A stretch of 64,000 bases of DNA, taken from positions 1 through 64,000 of the forward strand of contig JAURAC010000004.1 of assembly GCA_030586555.1 (NCBI GenBank). The letters run 5' to 3'. The notes beneath the pieces were generated by a model. It searched no databases. It saw only the letters and a list, made by a program, of their open reading frames with translations, and was not told where the DNA came from. This stretch comes from Candidatus Subterrananammoxibius californiae. Its GTDB lineage: Bacteria; Planctomycetota; Brocadiia; Brocadiales; Subterrananammoxibiaceae. Below, piece by piece: positions 20,927 through 31,584 of the stretch. The translations under genes and the position numbers were made by a program. Within the stretch, counting starts at the first letter, position 1. Each line of letters starts with the position of its first letter.

Positions 20927-21256
20927 ATGGCTGGCAATCTATTTGATTTAACCGACGATAATTTTGACGTAGAGGTCTTAAAGTCAGATATACCTGTATT
21001 GGTAGACTTCTGGGCAGAATGGTGCGGCCCTTGCAAGCAGCTTGCACCAATTATAGAAGAACTTGAGAAGGAATATGCCGGACGAATTAAATTCTGCAAG
21101 TTAAATATAGATTTGTTCCAAATAAATCCGGCAAGATACAACATAACTGCAATACCCACGATTATTGTCTTTAAAAATGGTAATGCAGCCCAAAAGATGG
21201 TAGGGGTAAAGGCAAAGAAAGAATATAAATCTGTTATAGACAATCAGTTGAAATAA
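20927..21256 (+). CDS. trxA: Thioredoxin
   Basis: VLVDFWAEWCGPCK, AIPT; RBS GGAGGG. Confidence 0.95.
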   Translation: MAGNLFDLTDDNFDVEVLKSDIPVLVDFWAEWCGPCKQLAPIIEELEKEYAGRIKFCKLNIDLFQINPARYNITAIPTIIVFKNGNAAQKMVGVKAKKEYKSVIDNQLK

Positions 21257-21270
21257 GCAGAACAAAATAT

Positions 21271-21552
21271 ATGTTGAAAACTTACGATCTTATAAAGAAG
21301 CTTGCTCCAAAGCTCGGAGAGGATGAAGCAAAAGATTTAATATCCTTTGTGGAGGAATCAAAGGGAGAGGCTGCCACAAAGGCTGATTTACAAATCTTTG
21401 CCACAAAGACAGACCTTGAGAAACAGATTCAAGCACTAAGAACCGAACTAAAAATAGAAATGCAAACAATAAAATCAGACCTACTTAAATGGCAGTTCGG
21501 CTTCTGGATTACTATAATAATAGCCATCCTTATAAAAGGTTTCTTAAAATAA
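21271..21552 (+). CDS. DUF1640/CCDC90-like small coiled-coil membrane-anchored protein
   Basis: Repeated ATKAD/ATKTD, coiled coil, LLKW followed by a C-terminal TM. Confidence 0.6.
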   Translation: MLKTYDLIKKLAPKLGEDEAKDLISFVEESKGEAATKADLQIFATKTDLEKQIQALRTELKIEMQTIKSDLLKWQFGFWITIIIAILIKGFLK

Positions 21553-21567
21553 TAATATGCCTAAAAC

Positions 21568-23706
21568 TTATTTTGCTTCACACATCATTTTTGCCCTGAC
21601 CAACCTTATCTCCCCATAGGAATAATCATTTCCAAGTTTCTCCTTTACCGGGCTTAACACCTTCACACCTAATTCTTTTAATGACCTACGGATGCGCTCC
21701 TGCTTTTCACGGTCAACAATGTTGTCCAAAGAAACGTCCTCACCATCCAAAATAAGTTTTTCTAAATGAGAGACGATGGTGGATAACGCCAGCCCCCTTT
21801 TTTGCGCAATTTCATTAATCGTGAGGCGCTGTTTGTGAAGCGCTAAGGTCTCTTGAACGGTCGAAGATTTCATTTGTTTTTTAGGCAGCTCTCGACGTTT
21901 ATGAATAGCCTGTTTCGGCGCTATATTGTATTGCTTGCAATAACCAATAATCTCCTTTAAAAAGACATCTCCATATTTATCTGATTTTCTTTCTCCTACA
22001 CCATTTATTCTCCGAAAATCCTGCAAATTCCGAGGATAATATGTAGACATTTCTTTTAAACTCGTATCATGGAAAATAACATACGGTGGCACAGCTTCCT
22101 GATCAGCCAGTGTTTTCCTCAAACTTCTCAAAAGTTCAAATAAGGCGCGATTATAAACCTCACCCGTTTCAGATGGCGGAATATAGTGTGGTTCCTCAGC
22201 TTTTGCCAAAAAAACCCGTTCAGTGCGTAATAGCACTTCCCAACTCTTTTTATTCAACTTCAAGACAGGATACTTATCCCCTTCCTGTCTCAAGTACCCC
22301 AATTGAATTAACTCACGAATAAACGACTGCCATTGCGACTTCGAATATTCTTTTCCAACACCATAAGTCCTGACCATATCGTGTCGGTTCTGTAACACTT
22401 TTTTATTTTTTTTTGAACCTTGCAAGACGTCAATAACATAATTTATTCCGAACCTCTCACCTATCCTGTAAACGCACGATAATATTTTCTGTGTGGCAAT
22501 CGTTCCATCAAATCTTTCCTTTGGTTCTAAACAAACATCGCAACTGCCGCAATTCGGTTCATCAAATCTCTCACCAAAATAATCCAATAACAACTTTCTT
22601 CGGCAAACGTTACTTTCACAATAATTCACCAACTCCCTCAGTTGCTTGTACGCAACCTGCCTTTCATTTTCGTCTTTCTTTTGTTCAATAAAATATTCTA
22701 TCTTGACCCTATCGGCATAACTAAAGAACAGGATACAGTCGCTTTTTAACCCATCCCTTCCAGCACGACCTGTTTCCTGAGAATACCCTTCAATGCTTTT
22801 AGGTAAATCGTAGTGAATTACATAACGCACATTTGGTTTGTCTATGCCCATACCAAACGCAATGGTTGCTACCATAATCTCTACGTTCTCATGGATAAAC
22901 TGTTCCTGACTCTCCGTTCTTACCTCAGCTGATAGCCCTGCATGGTACGGCAGAGCACGGTATCCTGCTGTTTGCAGGCTCGCGGCGAGACTTTCCACAG
23001 TCTTACGGCTTTGACAATATATAATCCCAGAATCATTCTTTCTACCTTCCAAATACTGGAGTATTTGATGATATGGTTCGTCCTTGAGTTTAATCTGGTA
23101 ATACAGGTTTCCCCTATTAAAACTTGCCTTGAAGACCTTACAATCCGACAATTTCAACTGCGTAATAATATCTTCCTGAACGACAGGGGTAGCGGTAGCC
23201 GTCAACGCCATAATAGGCGCCCCTGGAAATCTATCCTTCAACAATTTTAGCTGACGATACTCGGGCCTGAAATCGTGTCCCCATTCTGAAATACAATGCG
23301 ACTCATCAATAGCAAACAGAGAGACCTTTAACCCTTGTAAAAATTGCAAAAATTCTGGCATAACCAGTCTTTCAGGCGCAATATAAAGAATCTTTATTTC
23401 ATTTTTAGACAGACTCCGTCTCCTTACATTAATTTCTTTATAACTTAACGAACTATTAATAAATGTTGCTGGAACACCATTAGCCAACAGCCCGTCTACC
23501 TGGTCCTTCATCAAGGCAATTAACGGGGAGATAACAACGGTCAGGCTGTCAAAAAGGATGGCGGGCAGTTGATAGCACAAAGACTTTCCACCCCCTGTCG
23601 GCATAAGGACAAAGGTATCCCTTTGTCTCTGCACCTCTTTAATAATTTCTTCCTGAAGCGGGTAAAAGCTTGTGTAACCAAAATATTTTTGCAGTATTTT
23701 ATACAT
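21568..23706 (-). CDS. recQ: DNA helicase RecQ
   Basis: MPTGGGKSLCYQLP, AIDESHCISEWGHDFRP, QETGRAGRDG, Zn-binding region, RQC, HRDC, C-terminal HTH. Confidence 0.96.
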   Translation of the reverse strand: MYKILQKYFGYTSFYPLQEEIIKEVQRQRDTFVLMPTGGGKSLCYQLPAILFDSLTVVISPLIALMKDQVDGLLANGVPATFINSSLSYKEINVRRRSLSKNEIKILYIAPERLVMPEFLQFLQGLKVSLFAIDESHCISEWGHDFRPEYRQLKLLKDRFPGAPIMALTATATPVVQEDIITQLKLSDCKVFKASFNRGNLYYQIKLKDEPYHQILQYLEGRKNDSGIIYCQSRKTVESLAASLQTAGYRALPYHAGLSAEVRTESQEQFIHENVEIMVATIAFGMGIDKPNVRYVIHYDLPKSIEGYSQETGRAGRDGLKSDCILFFSYADRVKIEYFIEQKKDENERQVAYKQLRELVNYCESNVCRRKLLLDYFGERFDEPNCGSCDVCLEPKERFDGTIATQKILSCVYRIGERFGINYVIDVLQGSKKNKKVLQNRHDMVRTYGVGKEYSKSQWQSFIRELIQLGYLRQEGDKYPVLKLNKKSWEVLLRTERVFLAKAEEPHYIPPSETGEVYNRALFELLRSLRKTLADQEAVPPYVIFHDTSLKEMSTYYPRNLQDFRRINGVGERKSDKYGDVFLKEIIGYCKQYNIAPKQAIHKRRELPKKQMKSSTVQETLALHKQRLTINEIAQKRGLALSTIVSHLEKLILDGEDVSLDNIVDREKQERIRRSLKELGVKVLSPVKEKLGNDYSYGEIRLVRAKMMCEAK

Positions 23707-23829
23707 AGTGTTTCAGGGATAATACTAATTTCCATTCCGCGAATCAATTGTAAACGTTAGAATTTTCTTGTAGTAGCAAGACCTTTACGGATTGAATATT
23801 CTGACCCCCACCCTAACCCCCCCCTCACC

Positions 23830-25707
23830 CTACCCTCTCCCCTTGGGGGAGAGGATCAAGGTGAGGGGGGAGTGGAAATAATTATATATCAAAGTGGCTT
23901 GTTTCTCTGAGATATGCTTAGCCTCTTTTAGCTGTTCAACAGACGCCTGCCTTATATTCTCAATATTGCCAAAGTGTCTCATCAGAGATTTTTTTCTAAC
24001 AGCGCCTATGCCGGGAATTTTATCGAGCGGGGACACATAATACTGCCTCTGCCTGAGCTTCTTGTGATAAGAAATAGCAAACCGGTGTGCTTCGTCACGA
24101 ATCCTATCAAGTAACAGTAATTCAGAGGAATCCAAAGGCAGTACAATAGGTTCAGCCTTATTTGTCGTATATATTCGTTCAGAATTTGTAGGGGCGTATT
24201 GCAATACGCCCCTACCATCTTTCTGGTTTCGACCTTTAGCAAGGGCAACAATATCCACGCCCTCCACACCTAATTCCCTGAACACCTTGGTTGCAATGCC
24301 TAATTGCCCCTTACCGCCATCAACTACTGTTAAGTCAGGCAGGTCATCATCCTTAATAGCCTTTGTATATCTCCTGGTTAATACCTCCTCCATCATCGCA
24401 TAATCATCGGATTGTAAAACTGTCTTTATCTTGAACCGTTTGTAGCCCGACTTATCAGGAACACCGTTTTTGAATGTCACCATAGAACCAACAGCCAGCT
24501 TGCCCCTGATATTTGAGATGTCAAAACACTCAATCCTTTCGGGGATGTTTGTTAGCTGAAGCCTTTCTTTAAGAGAATTTAGCGCCTGCTGATGGTCTTC
24601 TTTAGTAATAAAACGTGCCCTGAAGGCATTTTCTGCATTCTTCTGCGCAAGCTTTACGAGACTCAATTTATCCCCGCGCCTTGGAAATATAACGCTGACT
24701 TTCTCACCCTTTAAATCGCTGAGCCAACCTTCCAATAACTGTGCATCCTCGGTCTCCACAGGGATTATGACCTCTTTCGGGATAAATCTGGTATAACTGT
24801 AAAATTGATTAAGGAAGGCGCAAAAGATTTCCTCTGCTGTATTATAGCCCGTTGAAAAGTTATATGACGCCACATTCTCAAGATTCCCAGACCTTATAAA
24901 CATAGCCTCTATAAGGACGTCCTTACCCTCTTTATAATAACCAAAGACGTCTCTATCAATAAACGTCAGTGAACGTATCTTCTGTTTTTCTATTGTCTCC
25001 GTTATAGCATTGATTCGGTCCCTTATCTGCGCAGCCTTCTCATACCTCTTTGCATCTGCCTCCTGCTTCATCTTTTCTTTAAGCACCCTTATAAGCTCCT
25101 CATTCTTTCCCTTCAGAACGAGGATTACCTCCTGAAGCATCTCCTTGTACGCCTTTTCATCAACAAGGTCACAACACGGTCCCAGACATTTACCAATTTG
25201 ATGATATAAGCAAGGACGCTTTCTGCCATGGAAGGTGCTCTCCGAACATTTGCGAATAGGATAGATACTATTTATATACCTCAGTGTCTCCCGTACAGCT
25301 CTTGCAGAGGAGTAAGGACCAAAGTAAAGCGCCCCATCCTTTTTAACCTCTCGAACTACCTCCGGGTAAGGAAATTTCTTCGTCATATCAATCTTCACAC
25401 TGACGTAAGTTTTGTCGTCACAGAAATTAACGTTGAATCGCGGCTTGAATTGTTTTATCAGGTTATTTTCAAGAATCAGCGCCTCTTTTTCGGTATCAGT
25501 AATGACACAGTCAATATCGGATACAAGCGGGACAAGATGCCCCACAAGCGCCCTTCCATCGCCAGTTTTCTGGAAGTAGCTCCTCACACGATTCTGCAGA
25601 TTCTTTGCCTTCCCGACATAAATCACCTCATTCCTTGAGTCCTTCATGAGATACACGCCGGGATTAGACGGCAGATTTTTCAATTTTTCCTTTACGTCCA
25701 TAACCAT
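23830..25707 (-). CDS. uvrC: Excinuclease ABC subunit C
   Basis: GIY-YIG (PGVYLM..IYVGKAKNL), Cys cluster, UVR, RIECFDIS, DGGKGQ, RDEAHRFA, HhH. Confidence 0.96.
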   Translation of the reverse strand: MVMDVKEKLKNLPSNPGVYLMKDSRNEVIYVGKAKNLQNRVRSYFQKTGDGRALVGHLVPLVSDIDCVITDTEKEALILENNLIKQFKPRFNVNFCDDKTYVSVKIDMTKKFPYPEVVREVKKDGALYFGPYSSARAVRETLRYINSIYPIRKCSESTFHGRKRPCLYHQIGKCLGPCCDLVDEKAYKEMLQEVILVLKGKNEELIRVLKEKMKQEADAKRYEKAAQIRDRINAITETIEKQKIRSLTFIDRDVFGYYKEGKDVLIEAMFIRSGNLENVASYNFSTGYNTAEEIFCAFLNQFYSYTRFIPKEVIIPVETEDAQLLEGWLSDLKGEKVSVIFPRRGDKLSLVKLAQKNAENAFRARFITKEDHQQALNSLKERLQLTNIPERIECFDISNIRGKLAVGSMVTFKNGVPDKSGYKRFKIKTVLQSDDYAMMEEVLTRRYTKAIKDDDLPDLTVVDGGKGQLGIATKVFRELGVEGVDIVALAKGRNQKDGRGVLQYAPTNSERIYTTNKAEPIVLPLDSSELLLLDRIRDEAHRFAISYHKKLRQRQYYVSPLDKIPGIGAVRKKSLMRHFGNIENIRQASVEQLKEAKHISEKQATLIYNYFHSPLTLILSPKGRG

Positions 25708-25841
25708 TCCTTCGTTTTAGTCATTCTGAGTCCGTCCGCCTTAGGCGGACTGGACGAAGAATCTCACCCTATATCTATAAATATTATATACTACCGTATA
25801 CCTAAAAGGCAACCGCCACTCAATGTCCACAAAATTTTTCG

Positions 25842-25870
25842 TTGACAGCCATTTTTCTTAAGTTTATATT
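25842..25870 (+). promoter_or_regulatory. Putative sigma70 promoter upstream of the TA pair
   Basis: TTGACA-N17-TATATT. Confidence 0.4.
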
Positions 25871-25985
25871 CTACATTATGAAAACCAATGTCCTATCTAT
25901 TATAAACGGATATTTTCAGCTTTCTATGATTTATAGATATATTATAATTTCATACTATTAATGCAACAATAGGAGGGTACATGAA

Positions 25986-26168
25986 ATGCGAAGGGTAATA
26001 GAAGAAGAAACTGTAACAGTCCCAAAAGTGGAATATAAAATTTTAAAAGAACTCTATAGAGCAGTAAAACGCCAGAATTTCTTGCTGAGGATTGAAGAGG
26101 CTGAAAAAAATTTGAAAGCAGGCAAAATTAAAAGGATTTCAATAGATAAATTTATTGAGAGCATTTAA
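25986..26168 (+). CDS. Putative antitoxin
   Basis: 60 aa, C-terminal IEEAEKNLKAGKIKRISIDKF, directly upstream of a RelE-like gene, AT-rich. Confidence 0.65.
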   Translation: MRRVIEEETVTVPKVEYKILKELYRAVKRQNFLLRIEEAEKNLKAGKIKRISIDKFIESI

Positions 26169-26173
26169 ATATC

Positions 26174-26452
26174 ATGAGACCCAAAAGGGTTGTATATGAT
26201 TCGGCTTTTGAAAGGAAATTTGAAAAGTATAAAAAACAATTAACTCAAAGCGAGAGGAAAAGACTCAAAAAGAGATTAGAAATTTTCAAAGAAAATGTTT
26301 TTGATAGAAGGTTAAATACTCATAAATTAAAAGGTAACCTTAGTGATTATTATGCTTTTTCGATAAGCTATTCTGACCGCATAGTTTTTAAAATTATTGA
26401 TGATGAGAGTATATACTTTATTGAGATAGGGAGTCACGATGTTTGTTATTGA
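26174..26452 (+). CDS. RelE/YafQ-family mRNA interferase toxin
   Basis: FERKFEK..., LNTHKLKGNL.DYYAFSI...RIVF, EIGSHDV.Y. Confidence 0.85.
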   Translation: MRPKRVVYDSAFERKFEKYKKQLTQSERKRLKKRLEIFKENVFDRRLNTHKLKGNLSDYYAFSISYSDRIVFKIIDDESIYFIEIGSHDVCY

Positions 26453-26781
26453 GAAATCTTGGGATACCATACTTATGGCCCATAACCTATTACCTACGAC
26501 CTATATTATTATATACCACACCTAACTTTTCATTCAACAAAAACCCTGTCCTGAATTTATTTCAGGATTTGCACCCTTTGCGGTTTTTGTGAGAAAAAAA
26601 TATTTCACGCAAAGCGCTAAGAACACGAAGAATACCAGGAAAGACGAGGCCAATCTTTGGGTTACTGATGCTAATAAAGAGTGGGATAAAGTTATTGAAG
26701 AAATAAAGGGGACGCTTCTATTTACTGATTAAACTTGTCTAATTGAAAAAGGGGCATCGAGGGTTTATAAAAAAATCCCAT

Positions 26782-27156
26782 CTAACTGCCCAAATTGAAA
26801 AAATTGCGTAATCTTTTTGAGAACTGTTTTATTGTTTTTGCCCCATGTTCGACAGCCTCGGGGGGTAGGGTGCCTTCGTAAAAATTCTGATGTAATCCGT
26901 TTGCCACAAATATAGCATTTAATATGCTTTTGTCTTTAAGTTCTTTTGCAACATCTGTGAGAAAAAACGTAATTCCGTCGTGGGACTTGATTCGTTTCTT
27001 CTTGAGTGTGGCAATTGCCTTAGCTAGTGTAGCAGTGGAACCCCAGAGCTTTTCTGATGCCTGGGCATAGTCGCCTTTCCTTAGCAACACATCAGCATCG
27101 TTTAAATATTTTTGGTGTAACGTAATATATCTCTTTAACTGCCCATCTTGCTGCAT
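26782..27156 (-). CDS. PaREP1-family (HEPN-like) protein
   Basis: GDYAQASEKLWGS...KSH...ANGLHQNFYE. Confidence 0.8.
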   Translation of the reverse strand: MQQDGQLKRYITLHQKYLNDADVLLRKGDYAQASEKLWGSTATLAKAIATLKKKRIKSHDGITFFLTDVAKELKDKSILNAIFVANGLHQNFYEGTLPPEAVEHGAKTIKQFSKRLRNFFNLGS

Positions 27157-27332
27157 TGTTTAATTCCCTCAAGGTGCAAATGGTTTTCTTTATTTTATAT
27201 TAAACCCCAACTCAAATCAATGAGAAATTCAGGGTTATTTCACAACCACCCTAATATTCCATTCAACAAAACCTTGCGAATCTTTGAACCCTTTGCGGTC
27301 TTTGCGTGAAATTTTATTTATCGCAAAGAACG

Positions 27333-28211
27333 CTAAGCTAACTTCTGTGATAATGTCCTCCGATAATGATATAGATATTGCTGGGCATAGCCGGCGTATT
27401 TGCCAAAATAGTTATGGGCGAAGTCCTCAATTATACGGTTGGGCACAACCTGGTTCTGGAAATAAAGTTCTTGCATTATCTTTTTAATCCACACATCAAC
27501 AGGAAAAGCCTCTGTAAAACCTAAAGAAAATAGGAGGACACAGTTAGCTACCTTATCGCCTACTCCAGAAATACTTTTGAGTTCCTTCTTTGCCTGTTCA
27601 TAGGGTAACGTCCTTAGTACACGGACAAACGACGACCCGTCCACTGGACGGGTGCCCCGCCATGCCACCCCATTTTTGTTCGCCTCAATGATGTATCTTG
27701 TGCGAAAGCCTGCGCCCGATTTCTTGACCTTTGCATAATTATTAATCCGCCCCGGCTCAGGGAAGGCATAGCTTTCTACACCGTCGAGTGCAACCCTTCT
27801 GCCGAAATATTCGGAGAGTTGGGCCAACGTTGATTTTATCTTCCCTATATTGGAAGCGGGGGAACATATAAATGATATGAGACATTCCCAGGGGTCTTGC
27901 CTGATGAGCCGTAGCCCGTGGTATCTGGAAATTGCTGCATTTATATGTTTATCCTTGTTGATTTCAGTAAGGATTTGTTCAAACGGTTCATCGAGTGAGA
28001 AGAAATGGATTAGGAAATCCTCCTCAACGCCATAAAATTCAAGTTTATTTCCTTTTTGCCTCACCTTGAAGAATCTGTCCCTCGTATTTATATAATACCA
28101 GTCGTCCCGCCCAAAAAATGGCGGATTTTCAACAATCTTCCTCACACGAAATATTTGTCCGCATTCGAGGGTATGAACAAGGTTAAAATTATTTACAGTT
28201 AATTCTGGCAT
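27333..28211 (-). CDS. 8-oxoguanine DNA glycosylase (OGG1-like, HhH-GPD)
   Basis: TLECGQIFR, GLRLIRQDPWECLISFI, GVGDKVANC, FPVDVW, AGYAQQYL. Confidence 0.88.
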   Translation of the reverse strand: MPELTVNNFNLVHTLECGQIFRVRKIVENPPFFGRDDWYYINTRDRFFKVRQKGNKLEFYGVEEDFLIHFFSLDEPFEQILTEINKDKHINAAISRYHGLRLIRQDPWECLISFICSPASNIGKIKSTLAQLSEYFGRRVALDGVESYAFPEPGRINNYAKVKKSGAGFRTRYIIEANKNGVAWRGTRPVDGSSFVRVLRTLPYEQAKKELKSISGVGDKVANCVLLFSLGFTEAFPVDVWIKKIMQELYFQNQVVPNRIIEDFAHNYFGKYAGYAQQYLYHYRRTLSQKLA

Positions 28212-28235
28212 AGTTCTTTATCTTTTCACCCTCCC

Positions 28236-31200
28236 CTACCCCCTTCCCGTCGAGGGAGGAGGAAGTCCCCTCTCCCCTTGCGGGAGAGGGTTAGGGTGAG
28301 GGGTAAGTTTCAAGGCATAATCTGATAATCTTTTGACTAAATTGCTTAAGCTATCCATAAGAGAATAGACCGTGGGCAAGATAATTAAAGTAAGGAACGT
28401 GGATGTTGTTAAGCCGGCAAGCATTAGAAGCCCCATCGGCGCCCACATCCCCTCCCGCCCTTCAAGCGGTCCAAACAGACCAGGCAGAAGGAGCGGTATA
28501 ACCATCGGCGATATGCCGAGTATTGTTGTTAATGCTGTCATTAAAATAGGTTGCAAACGGTCACATCCGCCCTTTATAATTGCACTGCTCGTGTCCATTC
28601 CAGCGCTTCGCAGGCGGTTAATGTAATCAATTAGAACTATTGCATTATTTACCACAACCCCGCAAAGCAGGAGCAGGCCTGTCTCCGTTAATTTGTCTAA
28701 CGGGATATTAAGAAGGTAAAATGAGAACGCTACGCCAGTAAATGCAAATGGGATTGATAACATTATTGTAAAAGGATGAATAAACGATTCAAATAGTGAC
28801 GCCATAATTATATAGATAAGCGCCAGCGCCAGTGTTAGACCAAATCTTGAACCCGCTTCATCTTCCTTATATCTTCGGTAATCTTCTCCCATGCTCCACG
28901 AATATCCGGCAGGGAGGCTTACAGAAGACATGGCTTTGAAGACCGAATCATACAACTTTTTAATTCCCACGCCACTATAAGTTCCTGTTACCTTAACTAC
29001 TGGCTGGCGGTCGAGGTGTTCGATTGTCATTGGTCCTTTTCTCTGTTCAAAATCAACAAGCGTTCCAAGTGCAACATTATTCGCATTCGAGGCATCGAGC
29101 GCCAAATTTTTAAGTTGGTCAAGATTCTGGCGGTCTTCTTCTTTTAACTGGATGTTTATATCAACCTGACGGCCCTCTTTTTTGAATTGTCCAACGGAGC
29201 GTCCGCTTAATGCGCCCATCACCCCAAATGCAACCCTTTGTGGTGACAGCCCATATTTATGCGCCTTATTTCTATTGATATATGCCAGAAACTCATCCGT
29301 TTCCTTTTCCACGCTTACGTCAAGGTCCTTTAGCTCAGGAATAGCTTGAAGAGTTTGCTTCACATCCTTAGCGAGCTTCGCAAGTGTTTCTGGATTGCGC
29401 CCTTTAAGTTCCAGCGCAATACCCCTTTCCTGGCTGGCGCTATACCATTTCGGATGGGTGTATCGGACGCCGGGAATCTCTGGCAAACTTGCTTTTAGCT
29501 GGTCTGCTATTGCACTAATTGGTCGTTTCGCCACATTCTCATCGGTAAGATATGCATCGAGCATGCCGCCTCCACGGTCGAAACTGCTTGAGATAGTGGC
29601 TATTTCCAATTCGTCCTTCTTCGTTTTAAGAGTATCTTCCAATATTATAAATAATCTTCTCGTCTGCTGGATGTCGTAGCTTTTAGGGGTATCTACTCTG
29701 ATACGAACCTCTCTATACATGGGTCTCGGAACCCATTCCCTTTCGAGATGCTTATACACGTAAAAGGATACCGCCAATAAGGCTGATGCGCCTGCGATGG
29801 TTATCCATCTATATCTCAAGGTAACCTTAATAAGTCTTGTGTAAAGCCTCGTAATGGTGCTGATGTACCTGAACGGTTCCCTTTCTTTGCCAATAAGGAT
29901 TCGTGAGCCTGCAAGGGGTATCAGCGTTAAGCCAACAAGCAAGGAGGCTCCAATGGCAATGCATACGGTTGCACCAAAGTCATGCATAAATATGCCCCAC
30001 ATAGTCTTGGGGAGAAAAATCATGGGGGCAAACACGCACATTGTTGTTGCGGATGCCGCTAACAATGCAAGCCCTACCTCACTGCTACCAAGAATGGCAG
30101 CTTGTTTTGCATCTATGTTATATGTTTCTTTGTGCCGATGTATGTTTTGAAGCACTACAATCGCAGGGTCAACCAACATGCCCACCGAGAGGATTAAGCC
30201 CATAAGGGAAATGACGTTTATTGTAATGTCTGACCCAAAAAACTTTCTTAACATAAATATTATAGTAAATGTACATAGGACAGAAGCTGGAATAGCCATA
30301 CTTATGATTAATGTGCTTCTTACGTTCCTTAAGAATAAGTACAGTATGATTATGACCAGTACGCCCCCGTATACGCCATTATTTCTTAAGCTTGCAAGCC
30401 TTTCGACGATTTCTTTTGACCTGTCGCGGAATATAAGTATCTGAAGATTGTCACCACTAAACCCCCTTTTAAGCTCGTTGAGTGTCCGTTTAACAGCCTT
30501 TGCCACGCTAACAATATTAGCAGTTGACGTCTTCATAACATACAGTGCAACGGCATCGTTGCTATTTAAACGTTGATAATTCGTGCTGGCAACAAAACTA
30601 TAACTAACATCTGCAACGTCAGAAAGTCTAATCAGCCCCTTCTTTAAGGGCAGTTGTGCGATTTCTGCCTCATCATTAAATTCCCCTACGGCGCGCACAA
30701 TGTACTTTTTGTCTCCTTCTGTTATTTCGCCTGCTGATATGTTTACGTTGTTTCCCAGCAGTGTTTGTCTGAGCGTATATGGTTCTATATGGTGGGTTTG
30801 GACACGTTCGCGGTCGAGCTCAACAAGTAGTTGCTTTTTATTCATGCCGCTTATCTCAACCCCTGCTATACCATCAATCCTCAAGATTTCGCGCTGTATC
30901 TTCTCCGCTATATCATACAACCTTGCCCTGTCCCCTTTGCATGAAATGGAGAACATTATTACAGGCATATCCGTACTCTGGAATCTAAAGACTTGCATCC
31001 TGTCCATATCCTTGGGGAGTTCTTTCTTCACCTGTTCAAGCTTCGTCTCCACCTCCAATGCGGCGAGGTCCATATTAGTGCCGAGCTTGAATTCAAGGGT
31101 GATGTTTGCGATATTTGAGGACGATGTGGATTTCATTGTGACCAGATGCTTTACAGTCCCCATTATTTCCTCTATGGGCCTGGTTATCAAATCTTCAATC

Positions 31201-31373
31201 TCACCGGGGGACGAGGATTTATATGCCACTTCTATCCTCAAGCTACTTCCAGAAAATTCCGGGAAGAAGAGTAACGGAATGTTTCGCCATGATATTATCC
31301 CTACAACTACTATGCCTATAATGACCATGAGCGTAGCAATAGGCTTCTTCACGGCGAAGGTAGAAAGCTTCAT
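28236..31373 (-). CDS. RND efflux transporter permease (AcrB/AcrD/AcrF family)
   Basis: 1045 aa with RND topology; GMLVD.AIVV, FESFIHP, GVVVNNAIVLID, RLQPILMTALTT. Confidence 0.92.
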   Translation of the reverse strand: MKLSTFAVKKPIATLMVIIGIVVVGIISWRNIPLLFFPEFSGSSLRIEVAYKSSSPGEIEDLITRPIEEIMGTVKHLVTMKSTSSSNIANITLEFKLGTNMDLAALEVETKLEQVKKELPKDMDRMQVFRFQSTDMPVIMFSISCKGDRARLYDIAEKIQREILRIDGIAGVEISGMNKKQLLVELDRERVQTHHIEPYTLRQTLLGNNVNISAGEITEGDKKYIVRAVGEFNDEAEIAQLPLKKGLIRLSDVADVSYSFVASTNYQRLNSNDAVALYVMKTSTANIVSVAKAVKRTLNELKRGFSGDNLQILIFRDRSKEIVERLASLRNNGVYGGVLVIIILYLFLRNVRSTLIISMAIPASVLCTFTIIFMLRKFFGSDITINVISLMGLILSVGMLVDPAIVVLQNIHRHKETYNIDAKQAAILGSSEVGLALLAASATTMCVFAPMIFLPKTMWGIFMHDFGATVCIAIGASLLVGLTLIPLAGSRILIGKEREPFRYISTITRLYTRLIKVTLRYRWITIAGASALLAVSFYVYKHLEREWVPRPMYREVRIRVDTPKSYDIQQTRRLFIILEDTLKTKKDELEIATISSSFDRGGGMLDAYLTDENVAKRPISAIADQLKASLPEIPGVRYTHPKWYSASQERGIALELKGRNPETLAKLAKDVKQTLQAIPELKDLDVSVEKETDEFLAYINRNKAHKYGLSPQRVAFGVMGALSGRSVGQFKKEGRQVDINIQLKEEDRQNLDQLKNLALDASNANNVALGTLVDFEQRKGPMTIEHLDRQPVVKVTGTYSGVGIKKLYDSVFKAMSSVSLPAGYSWSMGEDYRRYKEDEAGSRFGLTLALALIYIIMASLFESFIHPFTIMLSIPFAFTGVAFSFYLLNIPLDKLTETGLLLLCGVVVNNAIVLIDYINRLRSAGMDTSSAIIKGGCDRLQPILMTALTTILGISPMVIPLLLPGLFGPLEGREGMWAPMGLLMLAGLTTSTFLTLIILPTVYSLMDSLSNLVKRLSDYALKLTPHPNPLPQGERGLPPPSTGRG

Positions 31374-31584
31374 ACGGTGTTCCTTTTATAAATAAGGCTG
31401 TAGATAAAGCAATTTGATTATAATGTTTTTTGGTAATAAGGTCAAGCCACCCTGCACATTGTGCCACAGTAGGGGAAGGATTCTGGCATAATTTTCCTGT
31501 ATGGGAAAGTTTGTCATGGTTTCAGAATTATCATCAGCCTGAGTCAGACAGATTCTATCCAGTAATATATTCACCTAACCATAC

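Noticed and set aside
26620..26740. Coding-like fragment between the RelE toxin and PaREP1
   Set aside because: Too short and has no start; it could not be assigned to a family.
30700..31395. 231-aa + strand ORF and the many similar antisense ORFs across the window
   Set aside because: They lie opposite well-supported genes and carry no motifs.
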